Source: an archaeon
Lineage (GTDB): Archaea; Undinarchaeota; Undinarchaeia; Undinarchaeales; JBDRKL01
DNA length: 64,000 nt
Assembly: GCA_043814055.1 (NCBI GenBank)
Contig: JBDRKL010000004.1
Location: 32,001-96,000, forward strand
Direction of reading: 5' to 3'
The position numbers were made by a program, and so were the translations under genes. The notes below the pieces were generated by a model, which was not told the origin of the DNA, did not search any database, and worked only from the letters and a program-made list of their open reading frames with translations. How positions within the stretch are numbered: the first letter of the stretch is position 1; every line of letters starts with the position of its first letter. Positions 46,856 to 56,601 of this stretch are shown here, one piece after another.

Positions 46856-48088
46856 TTATACCTTACTCCACTTACCCAGCGCAGTATCCAGCTCAATATG
46901 ATTCTTCGCGTATTCCTTGAGAGTTTTTCCCTTCGCAACTGCCTCAACTGCCTGCCGCATTGCTCTCGCTCCTGTGAGCGTGCCGCCTGGGTGCCCGTGT
47001 ATACCTCCGCCGGCTTGTATTACAATGTCCTTGCCAAAATTCTTCACAAGCGGTTCAACATGCCCTGGATGTATCCCTCCGGAGCAAACTGAGAAAACAG
47101 ATTTAATTCCAGCAAGCTGCTCATACATTGCGTCGTGAATCTCCTTAATCTCCTTGACCGGCCCTTCCATCTTCCCAACCGCAGTTCCGATGTGTAATTG
47201 GTCAACTCCAGAAAGTCGCGCAAGTTTTGCCAGGACAAGCATGCTTATCCCGTGTCGCCTGTTCCTTGTAATTGCTGCGTGCATTGCCCTGTGCGCGTGT
47301 ATCGGCATTCCAAAGTTTATGTTGCGAATCTCCTGCGTGGCTGCATACCCTGCAGTGAGAATGTCAATCATAATGCAGTTCCCGCCGTGGTCCTTCACGA
47401 ACTGCGCCCTTTCCGCCATGTTCACTCCTGTGATGTTTGCGCAGTAAATCTTCTTCTCGCCGGTTTCACTTCGCGCAAGGTCCATTGCCGCAAGCACTTT
47501 GATAACCCTGTCTTCAAACGGGCAGAACTTCTGAGAAGTCAGGTTCTCGTCGTCTTTTACCAAGTCAAGCCCGCCAGCCCACGCGTGGTACGCAACCGAA
47601 GCAGTCTCTTCCGGGTTTAATCCAACCTTTGGCTTCACTATTGTGCCGCAATGAGGCCTCCTACTCTTTGAAGTTCCAATAATTTTCCTAACTCCCTCCA
47701 TTCCAAACTGCGGGCCCTTGAAAGTTTTCAAGTAGCTCTTTGGAAATGTCAAATCATTCAGGCGCAAATTCTTGACGATTTTCATTCCAAAAATATTCCC
47801 TGCGACGTCGCTGAGCAGCTGCGGAATATTGCCATCCTCAAAAATGTCAACAGGATACGCGACCTTAACCTGATTGCCGCGCAGTTTGTAAACCTTTGCC
47901 GCTAGCCTGTCAATGCGCCTCTTAGTTGTGGTAACCTTGGTCCAAGTTCCAGTTGAGCTCTCGGCGGCAAGTCCGGCAGCGCAGGCTTTCTCAGCCCCGC
48001 ACTCCATGTAAAAATCAGCAAGAACATACTTGTCCGGGTCTGGGTTGAATTTCAGGTCTAAATATTTGTCCTGGTTCGCGTATTTCAT
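46856..48088 (-). CDS. rbcL: RuBisCO large subunit, form III-like
   Basis: AAESSTGTW, GTIVKPKVGL, DLVKDDENL, HAHRAMH, SGG, QAGGGIHGHP. Confidence 0.93.
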   Translation of the reverse strand: MKYANQDKYLDLKFNPDPDKYVLADFYMECGAEKACAAGLAAESSTGTWTKVTTTKRRIDRLAAKVYKLRGNQVKVAYPVDIFEDGNIPQLLSDVAGNIFGMKIVKNLRLNDLTFPKSYLKTFKGPQFGMEGVRKIIGTSKSRRPHCGTIVKPKVGLNPEETASVAYHAWAGGLDLVKDDENLTSQKFCPFEDRVIKVLAAMDLARSETGEKKIYCANITGVNMAERAQFVKDHGGNCIMIDILTAGYAATQEIRNINFGMPIHAHRAMHAAITRNRRHGISMLVLAKLARLSGVDQLHIGTAVGKMEGPVKEIKEIHDAMYEQLAGIKSVFSVCSGGIHPGHVEPLVKNFGKDIVIQAGGGIHGHPGGTLTGARAMRQAVEAVAKGKTLKEYAKNHIELDTALGKWSKV

Positions 48089-48130
48089 TATGAGAAAGAC
48101 TAAATAAGCGAACTTAATAAACCTTATGAT

Positions 48131-48964
48131 ATGGACAAACTTTACTTTGGTACAGCAGGCATTCCCTTGAGCACAAAGGGCAAAGGAACTCCTGCAGGCA
48201 TTCGCCGCGTCAAGGAGCTCGGTCTCGGCGCAATGGAGCTAGAGTTCGTGCGCGGGGTTCATATGAAAGAGCCAACAGCAGAGGAAGTGGACAAAGTGAG
48301 AAAAGAAACCGGCATCAAGCTCACGTGCCACGCGCCTTATTATGTTAACTTAAATTCAGAAGAGAAAGCAAAAGTGGAGGCAAGCAAAAAAAGAATTTTT
48401 GAGTCAGCGCGGATTGCTAATATCTGCGGAGCAACTTCTGTTACGTTCCACGCAGCGTTCTATCAGAAACAAGACTCTGAGAAAGTTTACAAGAATGTTA
48501 AGAAAGAGCTTGAGGAAATAATTAAAACCCTGCGCAAGGATGGCAACGATATTGAAATCCGACCCGAGCTTACAGGGAAAGCAACGCAGTTCGGCAATCT
48601 TGACGAGCTCATCCGGCTCAGCCAGGATATTGAAGGCGTTCTGCCGTGCATTGATTTCGCGCACATGTTTGCGCGCACTGGGAAGTTCAACTCGTACGTT
48701 GAATTTATGTCAATGCTTGAAAAGATTGAGGTCAGCCTCGGCAAGAAAGCCCTGCAGAACATGCACTGCCACGTGTCAGGCATAGAATTCACTGAGAAAG
48801 GTGAGCGCAGGCACTTGGAAATGCCAGATTCTGACTTTCATTACTTAGATTTGGCAAAAGCGTTCAAGGACTCTGGGATGCGCGGCATAGTGATTTCAGA
48901 AAGTCCTAATATTGAATTAGATGCTTTGCTGATGAAAAAATTGTATGGTCAATCAGCTCGGTAG
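48131..48964 (+). CDS. Endonuclease IV-like TIM-barrel protein
   Basis: HAPYYVNLNS, PELTGK, CIDFAH, HCHVSGI, ISESP. Confidence 0.88.
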   Translation: MDKLYFGTAGIPLSTKGKGTPAGIRRVKELGLGAMELEFVRGVHMKEPTAEEVDKVRKETGIKLTCHAPYYVNLNSEEKAKVEASKKRIFESARIANICGATSVTFHAAFYQKQDSEKVYKNVKKELEEIIKTLRKDGNDIEIRPELTGKATQFGNLDELIRLSQDIEGVLPCIDFAHMFARTGKFNSYVEFMSMLEKIEVSLGKKALQNMHCHVSGIEFTEKGERRHLEMPDSDFHYLDLAKAFKDSGMRGIVISESPNIELDALLMKKLYGQSAR

Positions 48965-49052
48965 TCCCGCAATGAATCGCCAGAAAATGTAAAAATAATA
49001 TTGCTGACGTTTCATTGCGCCCGCAGCATCATCAAAGTAATGCGGACAGCCA

Positions 49053-49072
49053 TCCTCCGCGACCAGGCGGAG
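49053..49072 (+). repeat. REP-like hairpin CCTCCGCG(A/G)(C/G)CAGGCGGAG (also at 50271-50290 and inverted at 63875-63893)
   Basis: Three near-identical intergenic copies. Confidence 0.7.
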
Positions 49073-49090
49073 TGATGAAGAAATTGTATT

Positions 49091-49741
49091 CTATCTAACC
49101 ACTACGTTTCTAGCTACGTGGTAGACCTTGAGTAAAATAGTTATTATTATTCCTGCCAGAGCAATCCAGAGCGCTGTTGTGTAGCTTGTGATTGATATTG
49201 CAGCCAGAGTCAGGTAAGTTACCATAAGCAAGCCAATTATGGAGCCGATTATCACCGCGGCAAATACTCTGCCCTTGTCAAGTCCGATTGCCCTGCCGAG
49301 CAACGATGCCATTACAGCGCCTGTGCCCTGAAATGGTATTATCATCCAAAGCGTACAGCCAGCGAACGACATTCTTTCAACCCATTTATGGATGCCGATT
49401 ATTCTCTTGGTCTGCGTTGTTATCCATCTCGCGTATTTCCCAACTATTTTTGAGTGCTTAAAAAAGTCCAGGCTTGTGTAAAACCCGAGCCCCACAAAGA
49501 AGTCAATCATGAAAAACGAACTCACAACCACTATCGGGCTGAGTCCCATGTATATCCCAAGCGGTATGGCGGACTCCTTGCCAATCGGCGGCAGGAAGTA
49601 AATCGCCATTAGAAAACCAATTTGGCTGAAGCCAATCTCGTCCAGTGAATAATACAGCAGAAAAACCCAGGCAATCATCAGCAGGAAGGGCGTGTACAGC
49701 TTGACGAAAGTGTTAAGGTCTTCTGGACGCGTGAATCTCAT
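49091..49741 (-). CDS. Putative small multidrug export family membrane protein
   Basis: PPIGKESAIPLG, IPFQGTGA. Confidence 0.8.
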   Translation of the reverse strand: MRFTRPEDLNTFVKLYTPFLLMIAWVFLLYYSLDEIGFSQIGFLMAIYFLPPIGKESAIPLGIYMGLSPIVVVSSFFMIDFFVGLGFYTSLDFFKHSKIVGKYARWITTQTKRIIGIHKWVERMSFAGCTLWMIIPFQGTGAVMASLLGRAIGLDKGRVFAAVIIGSIIGLLMVTYLTLAAISITSYTTALWIALAGIIITILLKVYHVARNVVVR

Positions 49742-49792
49742 ATAATTCCCTAAGTGCAGAACATTTAAAGCTTTTCTTTCCTAATATAAATT

Positions 49793-50203
49793 ATGCCTTT
49801 TGAATATATTGAGCACGAGGCGGACATTGGAATTAAAGGAACGGGCAAGACAGTGGAAGAGGCCTTTGCAGAGGGAGCCAGGGCAATGTTCGGTATTATG
49901 GTTGATTTGGAAAAAGTTGACCCTGTCAAAAGAATTGAGGTTGAATGCGAAGCTGAAAACATCGGGTCTCTTTTTGTTGAATTTCTTAATGCCCTGCTCG
50001 CTCAAGTCAACATTGCAGAAATGTTCTTTTCAAAGTTTGAAGTTAAGATTGACGGTACTCATCTGACTGCAACTGCGTGGGGTGAGCAGATTGACCAGGA
50101 GAAGCACCAGACCAAGATTGAAGTCAAGGCGGCGACTTTCTCTGGGTTGAAGTATGAAGAGAAAGATGGGGTTCACTCAATTCAGTGTGTGGTTGATGTG
50201 TAG
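49793..50203 (+). CDS. Archease
   Basis: FEYIEHEADIG, EVKAAT, C-terminal VDV. Confidence 0.94.
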   Translation: MPFEYIEHEADIGIKGTGKTVEEAFAEGARAMFGIMVDLEKVDPVKRIEVECEAENIGSLFVEFLNALLAQVNIAEMFFSKFEVKIDGTHLTATAWGEQIDQEKHQTKIEVKAATFSGLKYEEKDGVHSIQCVVDV

Positions 50204-50289
50204 AGTTAACCAAAGGCAATCAAATGGCTTGGTAAAGTCACAGCTTCATTTATTTCTTGTGGCTTGCTCTTCCTCCGCGAGCAGGCGGA

Positions 50290-50373
50290 GAAGTCAAGGC
50301 GGCGACTTTCTCTGGGCTGAAATATGAGGAGAAGGACGGGGTGTATTCAGTAATTTGTGTTTTGGATGTATAA
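50290..50373 (+). repeat. Recoded duplicate of the archease 3' end
   Basis: EVKAATFSGLKYEEKDGVYSVICVLDV*; first 27 nt identical to 50120-50146. Confidence 0.9.
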
Positions 50374-50406
50374 TTTTTTTTATAACAATATATAAATACA
50401 TTCAAA

Positions 50407-50435
50407 TTAACAATCGTTAAGTTCACAATTGTTAA
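50407..50435. promoter_or_regulatory. Tandem imperfect palindromes (putative operator)
   Basis: TTAACAATCGTTAA and TTCACAATTGTTAA just downstream of TATATAAA. Confidence 0.5.
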
Positions 50436-50489
50436 TACAGCGACTTTTTGAAGAGACATCCAGCGACTCTGGAACTGCTGAACTAGGAG

Positions 50490-50729
50490 GTGATACAATT
50501 GCTCAATGCATTTTTGCTGATAAACACGAAACCGGGAAGGGGGAGAGAGGTTGTTGAGAAATTGTTGGAACACGAGGAGTTTGAAGAGGTAAGGCAGGTC
50601 TACGGCGACTATGACATATTTGGCAAGGTGAGCATATCAAGCATGGATGAGCTGAACAAGTTCCTGCTTGAAACAATAAGGAACATGCCGGATGTTGAGC
50701 TCTCAAACACACTGGTGCAAATGGGCTAA
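50490..50729 (+). CDS. Lrp/AsnC ligand-binding-domain protein
   Basis: AFLLINTKPG, VYGDYDI. Confidence 0.88.
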   Translation: MIQLLNAFLLINTKPGRGREVVEKLLEHEEFEEVRQVYGDYDIFGKVSISSMDELNKFLLETIRNMPDVELSNTLVQMG

Positions 50730-50764
50730 AATACTTAAATAGCCGGGAGCAACAGAGCTGCGAC

Positions 50765-52207
50765 ATGGACCTTACCTTGAAGCAAACCGAAGAGCTAGTA
50801 TGGGAGCTCCCAAAAACTGGCGAAATGCTTGTTCCTGGAAGAATCTACGGCGACGAAGAAATCGTGAAGCACCTTAACAATGACGTGAAAGCCGGAAAGG
50901 ACTGGAACGCTCTGAAGCAGGTTTACAACGTGGCGTGCCTGCCAGGAATTCAAAAAGCGTCGCTCGCGATGCCAGACGTGCACCCAGGATATGGCTTTCC
51001 AATCGGCGGTGTCGGGGCATTTGACACTGAAACCGGGGTAATTTCAGTTGCAGGAGTTGGCTTTGATATCAACTGCGGAGTCCGGACTTTAAAGACACCG
51101 CTCAAAAAGGATGATGTTGAAAAGAAAAAGAAAGAGCTCGCTGAAGTTTTATTCAGGGTAATCCCAGCTGGACTCGGCTCAACCGGCGACATCCGCCTGA
51201 GCATAGACCAGATTGACGAAGTGCTGGTAAATGGTGCTAAGTACTCAGTAGAAAATGGATATGGCTTAAAGGAAGACCTTGAATTCATTGAAGAAAATGG
51301 AAAAATCGCAAATGCAAATCCTGAGAATGTCTCACGAACCGCGAAGCAGAGGCAGTTCAAGCAGATAGGCACGCTCGGCTCTGGGAATCATTATCTTGAA
51401 GTGCAGTATGTTGATGAAATCTTTGACGAGGTGGCTGCAAAAGCATATGGGCTGGAAAAAGGCCAAATCCTGGTTTCAATTCACTGCGGCTCCCGCGCGC
51501 TCGGCCACCAAATCGGAACTGACTACCTCAAAACTTTGGAAGCTGCGTCAAAGAAATACAAAATCCCAATCCGCGAGAAAGAGCTTGTATGCGCCCCGTT
51601 CACGAGCGAAGAGGGCCAGCAGTACTTCACCGCAATGAACTGCGGAATAAACTGCGCGTTTGCGAACCGCCAGGCGCTTGCTCACTTGACGCGGAAGGGT
51701 TTCACAGAAGTATTTGGTCTTGGAGAAAAAGAAGTTGAAACCTTTTACGAAATCGGGCATAATACCTGCAAGCTTGAGGAGCACGACGGCAAAAAGCTCA
51801 TCGTGCACAGGAAAGGCGCAACAAGAGCGTTCGGCCCTGGGCGAAAAGAAGTGCCGAAAAAATACCGAGAAATCGGCCAGCCAGTCCTGGTCGGCGGGAC
51901 AATGGGGACGTGCTCTTACATACTCCACGGGACTCAGAAAGGGATGGACGAGACCTTCGGAAGCGCGTGCCACGGGGCAGGGAGAAATATGAGCCGCCAG
52001 CAGGCCAAGCGCGAGTACTTCGGGGAAACAGTTATAAAAGAGCTCGCCGCAAAGGGCATAATAATCAAGGGTCATTCAAAGTCCGGAGTTTCAGAGGAAG
52101 CGCCAGGTGCCTACAAGGACGTTACTGAAGTGGTTGACGTAATGCATACTTCAGGAATTGCGAAGAAAGTTGTGAAAGTTAAACCTTTAATATCAATAAA
52201 GGGATAG
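50765..52207 (+). CDS. rtcB: RNA ligase RtcB
   Basis: MPDVHPGYGFPIGG, DINCG, GSGNHYLE, HCGSR, HRKGATR, HGAGR. Confidence 0.97.
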   Translation: MDLTLKQTEELVWELPKTGEMLVPGRIYGDEEIVKHLNNDVKAGKDWNALKQVYNVACLPGIQKASLAMPDVHPGYGFPIGGVGAFDTETGVISVAGVGFDINCGVRTLKTPLKKDDVEKKKKELAEVLFRVIPAGLGSTGDIRLSIDQIDEVLVNGAKYSVENGYGLKEDLEFIEENGKIANANPENVSRTAKQRQFKQIGTLGSGNHYLEVQYVDEIFDEVAAKAYGLEKGQILVSIHCGSRALGHQIGTDYLKTLEAASKKYKIPIREKELVCAPFTSEEGQQYFTAMNCGINCAFANRQALAHLTRKGFTEVFGLGEKEVETFYEIGHNTCKLEEHDGKKLIVHRKGATRAFGPGRKEVPKKYREIGQPVLVGGTMGTCSYILHGTQKGMDETFGSACHGAGRNMSRQQAKREYFGETVIKELAAKGIIIKGHSKSGVSEEAPGAYKDVTEVVDVMHTSGIAKKVVKVKPLISIKG

Positions 52208-52223
52208 GGGGTGAAAAAAAATT

Positions 52224-52322
52224 ATGCAGGACGATGATGAAGATTATCCAAGGGATCTTGAGGATCTAGATGACCTGGAAAACCTGGATGATGTAACCGA
52301 CCCATGCGACGGTTCTATTTAA
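52224..52322 (+). CDS. Putative 32-aa acidic microprotein
   Basis: GGGGGTGA SD, then MQDDDEDYPRDLEDLDDLENLDDVTDPCDGSI*. Confidence 0.45.
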   Translation: MQDDDEDYPRDLEDLDDLENLDDVTDPCDGSI

Positions 52323-52442
52323 TAAAATTCTCTGCGCGGGCAGTTGGCGAAGTTTAATATTCAATTACTTCGGAGTAGCCGGCGCTAACAATAGCTCCAA
52401 AGCAAGATTTATTAATTACTACTGCTCATTCCTACTGAAACC

Positions 52443-53084
52443 ATGATAAAGTCAATAAAAAACTTTATGTTCAGGATGTCCGCGACCCAGATAATCGCAG
52501 GCATCATCCTATTGGCATCCGTCCTCATATTCGTGCTTTTCTCTGCAATATCATCCGCCTCAGGCATTGGCAGCCATCCGATATTTGGGTTTCTCCTGCT
52601 CTGTTTTCTGCTCCTGCTCACGCGGCTTTCAATCCTTGTCAAGGTCGGAATCGGGTTTGTGAACATAATACTCCTCCCTGTAACAATGTATTATGGCCTA
52701 CTACCTGCGTTTGCAATGATACTCCTTACCAGCTACATTTACATAAAAATCGCGACCAGGCCAACCCCGATTGACTTCTTAATCACAAAGGGCGTGCAGG
52801 GCGCAATCGCCCAGTCAATTTACTTCTCAATCTGGGTGCTAACTATCCACTTGATGTTCAAGTTTGTGAGCTTTGAGTACTTCTTCATCCACTTGACTTT
52901 CATGTATATGCTCTGCATTGCAATCTACATAATTTACATGGTGCCAGCTCTTCACATTATCGCGCTTGACCCTCTCCCAATCACGCTGGTCAATGGAATG
53001 ATGATGATGGCGGTTCAGTTCATACTCATAACCCTAACCGGGAGCAGCTTTTTTATGTTTGTTAAGTCGCTTGCCGGAGTCTAG
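52443..53084 (+). CDS. Multi-pass membrane protein of unknown function
   Basis: ~7 hydrophobic segments. Confidence 0.7.
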   Translation: MIKSIKNFMFRMSATQIIAGIILLASVLIFVLFSAISSASGIGSHPIFGFLLLCFLLLLTRLSILVKVGIGFVNIILLPVTMYYGLLPAFAMILLTSYIYIKIATRPTPIDFLITKGVQGAIAQSIYFSIWVLTIHLMFKFVSFEYFFIHLTFMYMLCIAIYIIYMVPALHIIALDPLPITLVNGMMMMAVQFILITLTGSSFFMFVKSLAGV

Positions 53085-54559
53085 TTGTAGAACCTGCTCC
53101 ACTTGTGGCTGCCGATTGTCGCGCCTATCCAAACCAGAACTGGCAATATTTCAAGGCGGCCTATCCACATCTGGAAAATGAGGACTATTTTTATCAGCAT
53201 CGGCGCGGTTGCGGAAGTTATTCCAGTGCTCAACCCGACTGTTGCAGCAGCTGAAGTTGTCTCAAACAATGAGTCAATGAAGCTGAAGCCATACGCTGTT
53301 ATTATAAGGGTTCCAACAATGATAAAGAGCATATAAATGAAGAAGTACCACGAGACCTGATTTGCCTCCTCCTCTGAGAACACTTTCTTCCCAACTTTCA
53401 GCGGGAGAACCGAGGTCTTCGGCAGGAGGAACTTGTTTATTATCCAGGGCACTGAGCTGAGGAGCATTAGCAATCTTATGATTTTCAGTCCGCCAGCTGT
53501 TGACCCGGCTGACCCGCCGATGAGCATCAATACTATCATAACGCTCTTCACGAAATCATCTGCCAATGCTATGTCCATCGTCGCGTAGCCAGTGGTTGTG
53601 CTGGCGCTCATAACCTGGAAAGCGCTGTGCCGCAGAGGCTCTGGGTCTCCCTGACCCTGCAGGTACAGGGCAAGTATTCCAGTGAACACTATAAATATGA
53701 CAAGCAGAGCCTGCACTTCTCTGCTCTTCGCAAAGCCCCTAAGTTCCTGCCACTTCCAGCCAAGGAGCTTGTAGTGAAGTATGAACGGTATTGAGCCGAC
53801 AAGCATCAATGCCATTATTGCAATTTCAATCCCAACGCTTGAGTAAGCGCCTATGCTCACGGCCTTGATGGAGAAGCCGCCTGTTGAGACAACTGTGAAC
53901 ACGTGGTTGATAGCGTCGTAAAGCGGCATTCCAAGCAGGTAAAGAATGAGCGCCCCAACCGCAGTGTACAATAAATATATCTTTGCCATGTTGCGCACAG
54001 TGTGGTGCACGCTCGGCTCAAGTCGCTCTTCCCTCGCCTCGCCCCTGAACAGGTAAGAAGCTGACATTCCAGGCCCGACCATAACTGTGAGGAAAAGCAC
54101 AACTACGCCTATACCGCCTATCCATTGCGTCAAACTGCGCCAGAACAACAAGCTTAGCGGCACTGCTTCAATATCTGGCAGAGTGCTTAATCCCGTTGTT
54201 GTAAATCCGGACATTGACTCAAAGTAGCTGTTCACAAATGCATCCGCCCCAAGCCCGCCATAGAGCTGCGGCGAGAGCATGTAGTAAGGCGCAGCTCCAA
54301 CCAGCGCCATTATTGCGAAAGCACTGGCACCAAGAACCATAGCCCGGCCAAGTGTCAAATGCCCTCGCTGGTAACGCTTGAACAGCGTGAATCCAAAACT
54401 AAGTGATATCACGGACGCGATTACATAAGGCAAGAACGGCTCACCGTAGTAGACCGCGAGAATAACCGGGAGCAGAATTAAATTGCCTACAACCAGGAGA
54501 ATTATGCCTAGGTAATGCAGTACTGTTGAAGCGAATTCAGGAGTTATCTTGGCTCTCAT
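53081..54559 (-). CDS. trkH: Trk potassium uptake membrane subunit
   Basis: FESMSGFTTTG, QWIGGIG, GSTAGGLK, GRLEI. Confidence 0.95.
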   Translation of the reverse strand: MRAKITPEFASTVLHYLGIILLVVGNLILLPVILAVYYGEPFLPYVIASVISLSFGFTLFKRYQRGHLTLGRAMVLGASAFAIMALVGAAPYYMLSPQLYGGLGADAFVNSYFESMSGFTTTGLSTLPDIEAVPLSLLFWRSLTQWIGGIGVVVLFLTVMVGPGMSASYLFRGEAREERLEPSVHHTVRNMAKIYLLYTAVGALILYLLGMPLYDAINHVFTVVSTGGFSIKAVSIGAYSSVGIEIAIMALMLVGSIPFILHYKLLGWKWQELRGFAKSREVQALLVIFIVFTGILALYLQGQGDPEPLRHSAFQVMSASTTTGYATMDIALADDFVKSVMIVLMLIGGSAGSTAGGLKIIRLLMLLSSVPWIINKFLLPKTSVLPLKVGKKVFSEEEANQVSWYFFIYMLFIIVGTLIITAYGFSFIDSLFETTSAAATVGLSTGITSATAPMLIKIVLIFQMWIGRLEILPVLVWIGATIGSHKWSRFYN

Positions 54560-55212
54560 TATTTGACCAGTGACTTTATCACATCAGGCGCCGCCTTGCT
54601 CTTTGCGGTTATCCAGAGCAGGTCGCCGGCGTTAAGTGTTTCATCGCCCTGCACTAGTATGATGTCCTCTTTCCTCTCTATCACGACTATTTTTGAATCC
54701 TTTGGCAGCCCGCACTTGTTCGCAGCCTTGCCCACTGCAGGCGAATTGTCAGTCAGGTAAAGCTCAAGAAGCTCCATCTTCCCGCCTGCCAAAGTCACAG
54801 CGGTCTTCGCGCCCTTTAGCCGGAAAGAGTTCATGAAATCACTGACAATTGAGCTTGTTACTGATATTGCACCATCAACCCCTGCCTGTATGAATAGGGT
54901 TTCATTCGCAGGATTATTTACTCGTGCGGCAATTTTTCCAACCTCGGCTTTCTTCGCGAGGTGGCAAATCATCAAATTCACGTTGTCATCGTTGGTCAGC
55001 GCCGCGATCGCGTCCGCGCGGTCTATGCCCGCGTCCTTCATTATCTTCGCGTTCGTGCCGTCGCCCTTGATTATGAGCGCGTCAAGCTCGTCAGCAAGCT
55101 CTTCTGCTCTCTCGTCGTCCTGCTCAATGATTACAACGTCCTCGTTCTCCGCAACGAGCGTCTTCGCTAGAATCTCTCCTGTTTGCCCGCCGCCTACAAT
55201 TATAACGTACAT
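54559..55212 (-). CDS. trkA: Trk potassium uptake regulatory subunit
   Basis: IIVGGGQTG, GDGT, RCK-N and RCK-C domains. Confidence 0.93.
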   Translation of the reverse strand: MYVIIVGGGQTGEILAKTLVAENEDVVIIEQDDERAEELADELDALIIKGDGTNAKIMKDAGIDRADAIAALTNDDNVNLMICHLAKKAEVGKIAARVNNPANETLFIQAGVDGAISVTSSIVSDFMNSFRLKGAKTAVTLAGGKMELLELYLTDNSPAVGKAANKCGLPKDSKIVVIERKEDIILVQGDETLNAGDLLWITAKSKAAPDVIKSLVK

Positions 55213-55307
55213 ATTTCAGCATAAGGAGCTGGATTATAAAAGCTTTTGGCAGATAGAAAGCTATTTATAAACACATTTCTACATATACAACTCACTTAGT
55301 GATTCTT

Positions 55308-55583
55308 ATGCAGCACTCACGAGGATTCCGCGCAAAGTCAAGATACAAGCTCAGTGGAGGGCGATTTTCAATAGCCGAGGCTTTGCAGGAGTTCAAACCG
55401 GGGGACAGAGTTCGTGTAAACATTAATCCAGCTGTGCACAAGGGTATGCCTCACCCGCGCTTTCAGGCGGCGGACGGGTGCGTTGTGGAGAAGCGCGGCC
55501 GGTCCTTCAGGGTTGAGGTCAATATAGGCAATGCGACGAAGCAAATACTGGTAAAACCAGAGCACCTTAAGCCGCTGAAATAG
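55308..55583 (+). CDS. rpl21e: 50S ribosomal protein L21e
   Basis: SRGFRAKSR, KGMPHPRF, KPEHL. Confidence 0.95.
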   Translation: MQHSRGFRAKSRYKLSGGRFSIAEALQEFKPGDRVRVNINPAVHKGMPHPRFQAADGCVVEKRGRSFRVEVNIGNATKQILVKPEHLKPLK

Positions 55584-55595
55584 GGGGAGTAAAAA

Positions 55596-55934
55596 ATGGT
55601 AGGAAAAAAAATATTATCTCAGAAAGCAGTGCCTCTTGTTGAGGTCCAGAAAATTGTGGAGACCCGCAAAAAAGAGGGCGAGCTCAGCTATGAACAGAAC
55701 CTCACGCTGGAGTACTGCAAGAAATTCGCAAAGCTTAATCAAAAAGATACTGCGGCAGCTATCAAGGAGCTCATTGATCTTGAAAAAGTAACAGAAACAC
55801 ACGCCGTATCGCTCACTGACCTTATGCCAAATAACGAGGGTGAGGTAAAGCTTATTTTTGCCAAGGAACATTTTATCCTTGCTGAAGATGAAATCAGCAA
55901 GATTCTTGAGGTATTAGGCAAGTACAGGAAGTAA
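55596..55934 (+). CDS. rpo4: RNA polymerase subunit F (Rpo4)
   Basis: LSYEQ..TLEY..KF, DLMP, IFAKE; canonical position. Confidence 0.92.
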   Translation: MVGKKILSQKAVPLVEVQKIVETRKKEGELSYEQNLTLEYCKKFAKLNQKDTAAAIKELIDLEKVTETHAVSLTDLMPNNEGEVKLIFAKEHFILAEDEISKILEVLGKYRK

Positions 55935-55935
55935 G

Positions 55936-56601
55936 ATGCCAACTGACGAGAATGCGATTGTTTTGGACTATTTGGCCGAAGGGCGGGCAGACTCAAGCGT
56001 GCCGGGATACAAGCGCGAAAGGCGAGTAGCGCAGGTGCTTGGAATTGATTACTTCAGCCTGCTTGAGATTTCAATCCGCGAAGATGACAGTGCTGCGCAG
56101 GGCGACCACATTTACATCGGCAAGGGAGTGCGCGACAAGGTTCACCACATAATCAGGCGGCTCAACCACAGCGATTTGACCTCAACTGCAAAGGTTGAGC
56201 TTGAATATGTTCTTGAAAAGCTCGTGAAGACGAACGAGGCAAAGTTCGTGAAATTCTTCAACGAGTGCGGGTCATTGACAATGCGCCTGCACAGGCTTGA
56301 ACTGCTCCCTGGCGTGGGGAAGAAGCACATGTGGGATATCACGAAAGCGCGCAGCGTGAAGAAGTTTGAGAGCTTCGCGGACATAGCGGAGCGCGTGAAA
56401 CTGCTCCCAGGCCCAGAAAAGCTAATAGTCAAGAGAATCATATGGGAGCTAAAGGGCGAGGACGACAAGCTCAAGCCGATAAAGTACAAGATATTTGTGG
56501 GCGCGCAGCTTCTGCCTGGTGAGGCTGAAAAGCCAACTGCCAAAGCTGAGGAAAAGGAAAGTGGAGCTAAACCAGCTGAAAACCCTGCTGAATCAGAATA
56601 A
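55936..56601 (+). CDS. DUF655 putative RNA-binding protein
   Basis: IVLDYL, RLHRLELLPGVGKK. Confidence 0.92.
   Translation: MPTDENAIVLDYLAEGRADSSVPGYKRERRVAQVLGIDYFSLLEISIREDDSAAQGDHIYIGKGVRDKVHHIIRRLNHSDLTSTAKVELEYVLEKLVKTNEAKFVKFFNECGSLTMRLHRLELLPGVGKKHMWDITKARSVKKFESFADIAERVKLLPGPEKLIVKRIIWELKGEDDKLKPIKYKIFVGAQLLPGEAEKPTAKAEEKESGAKPAENPAESE

Noticed and set aside
46856-48088. RuBisCO as evidence of carbon fixation
   Set aside because: Archaeal form III-like enzymes normally serve nucleoside salvage, and no phosphoribulokinase is in the window.
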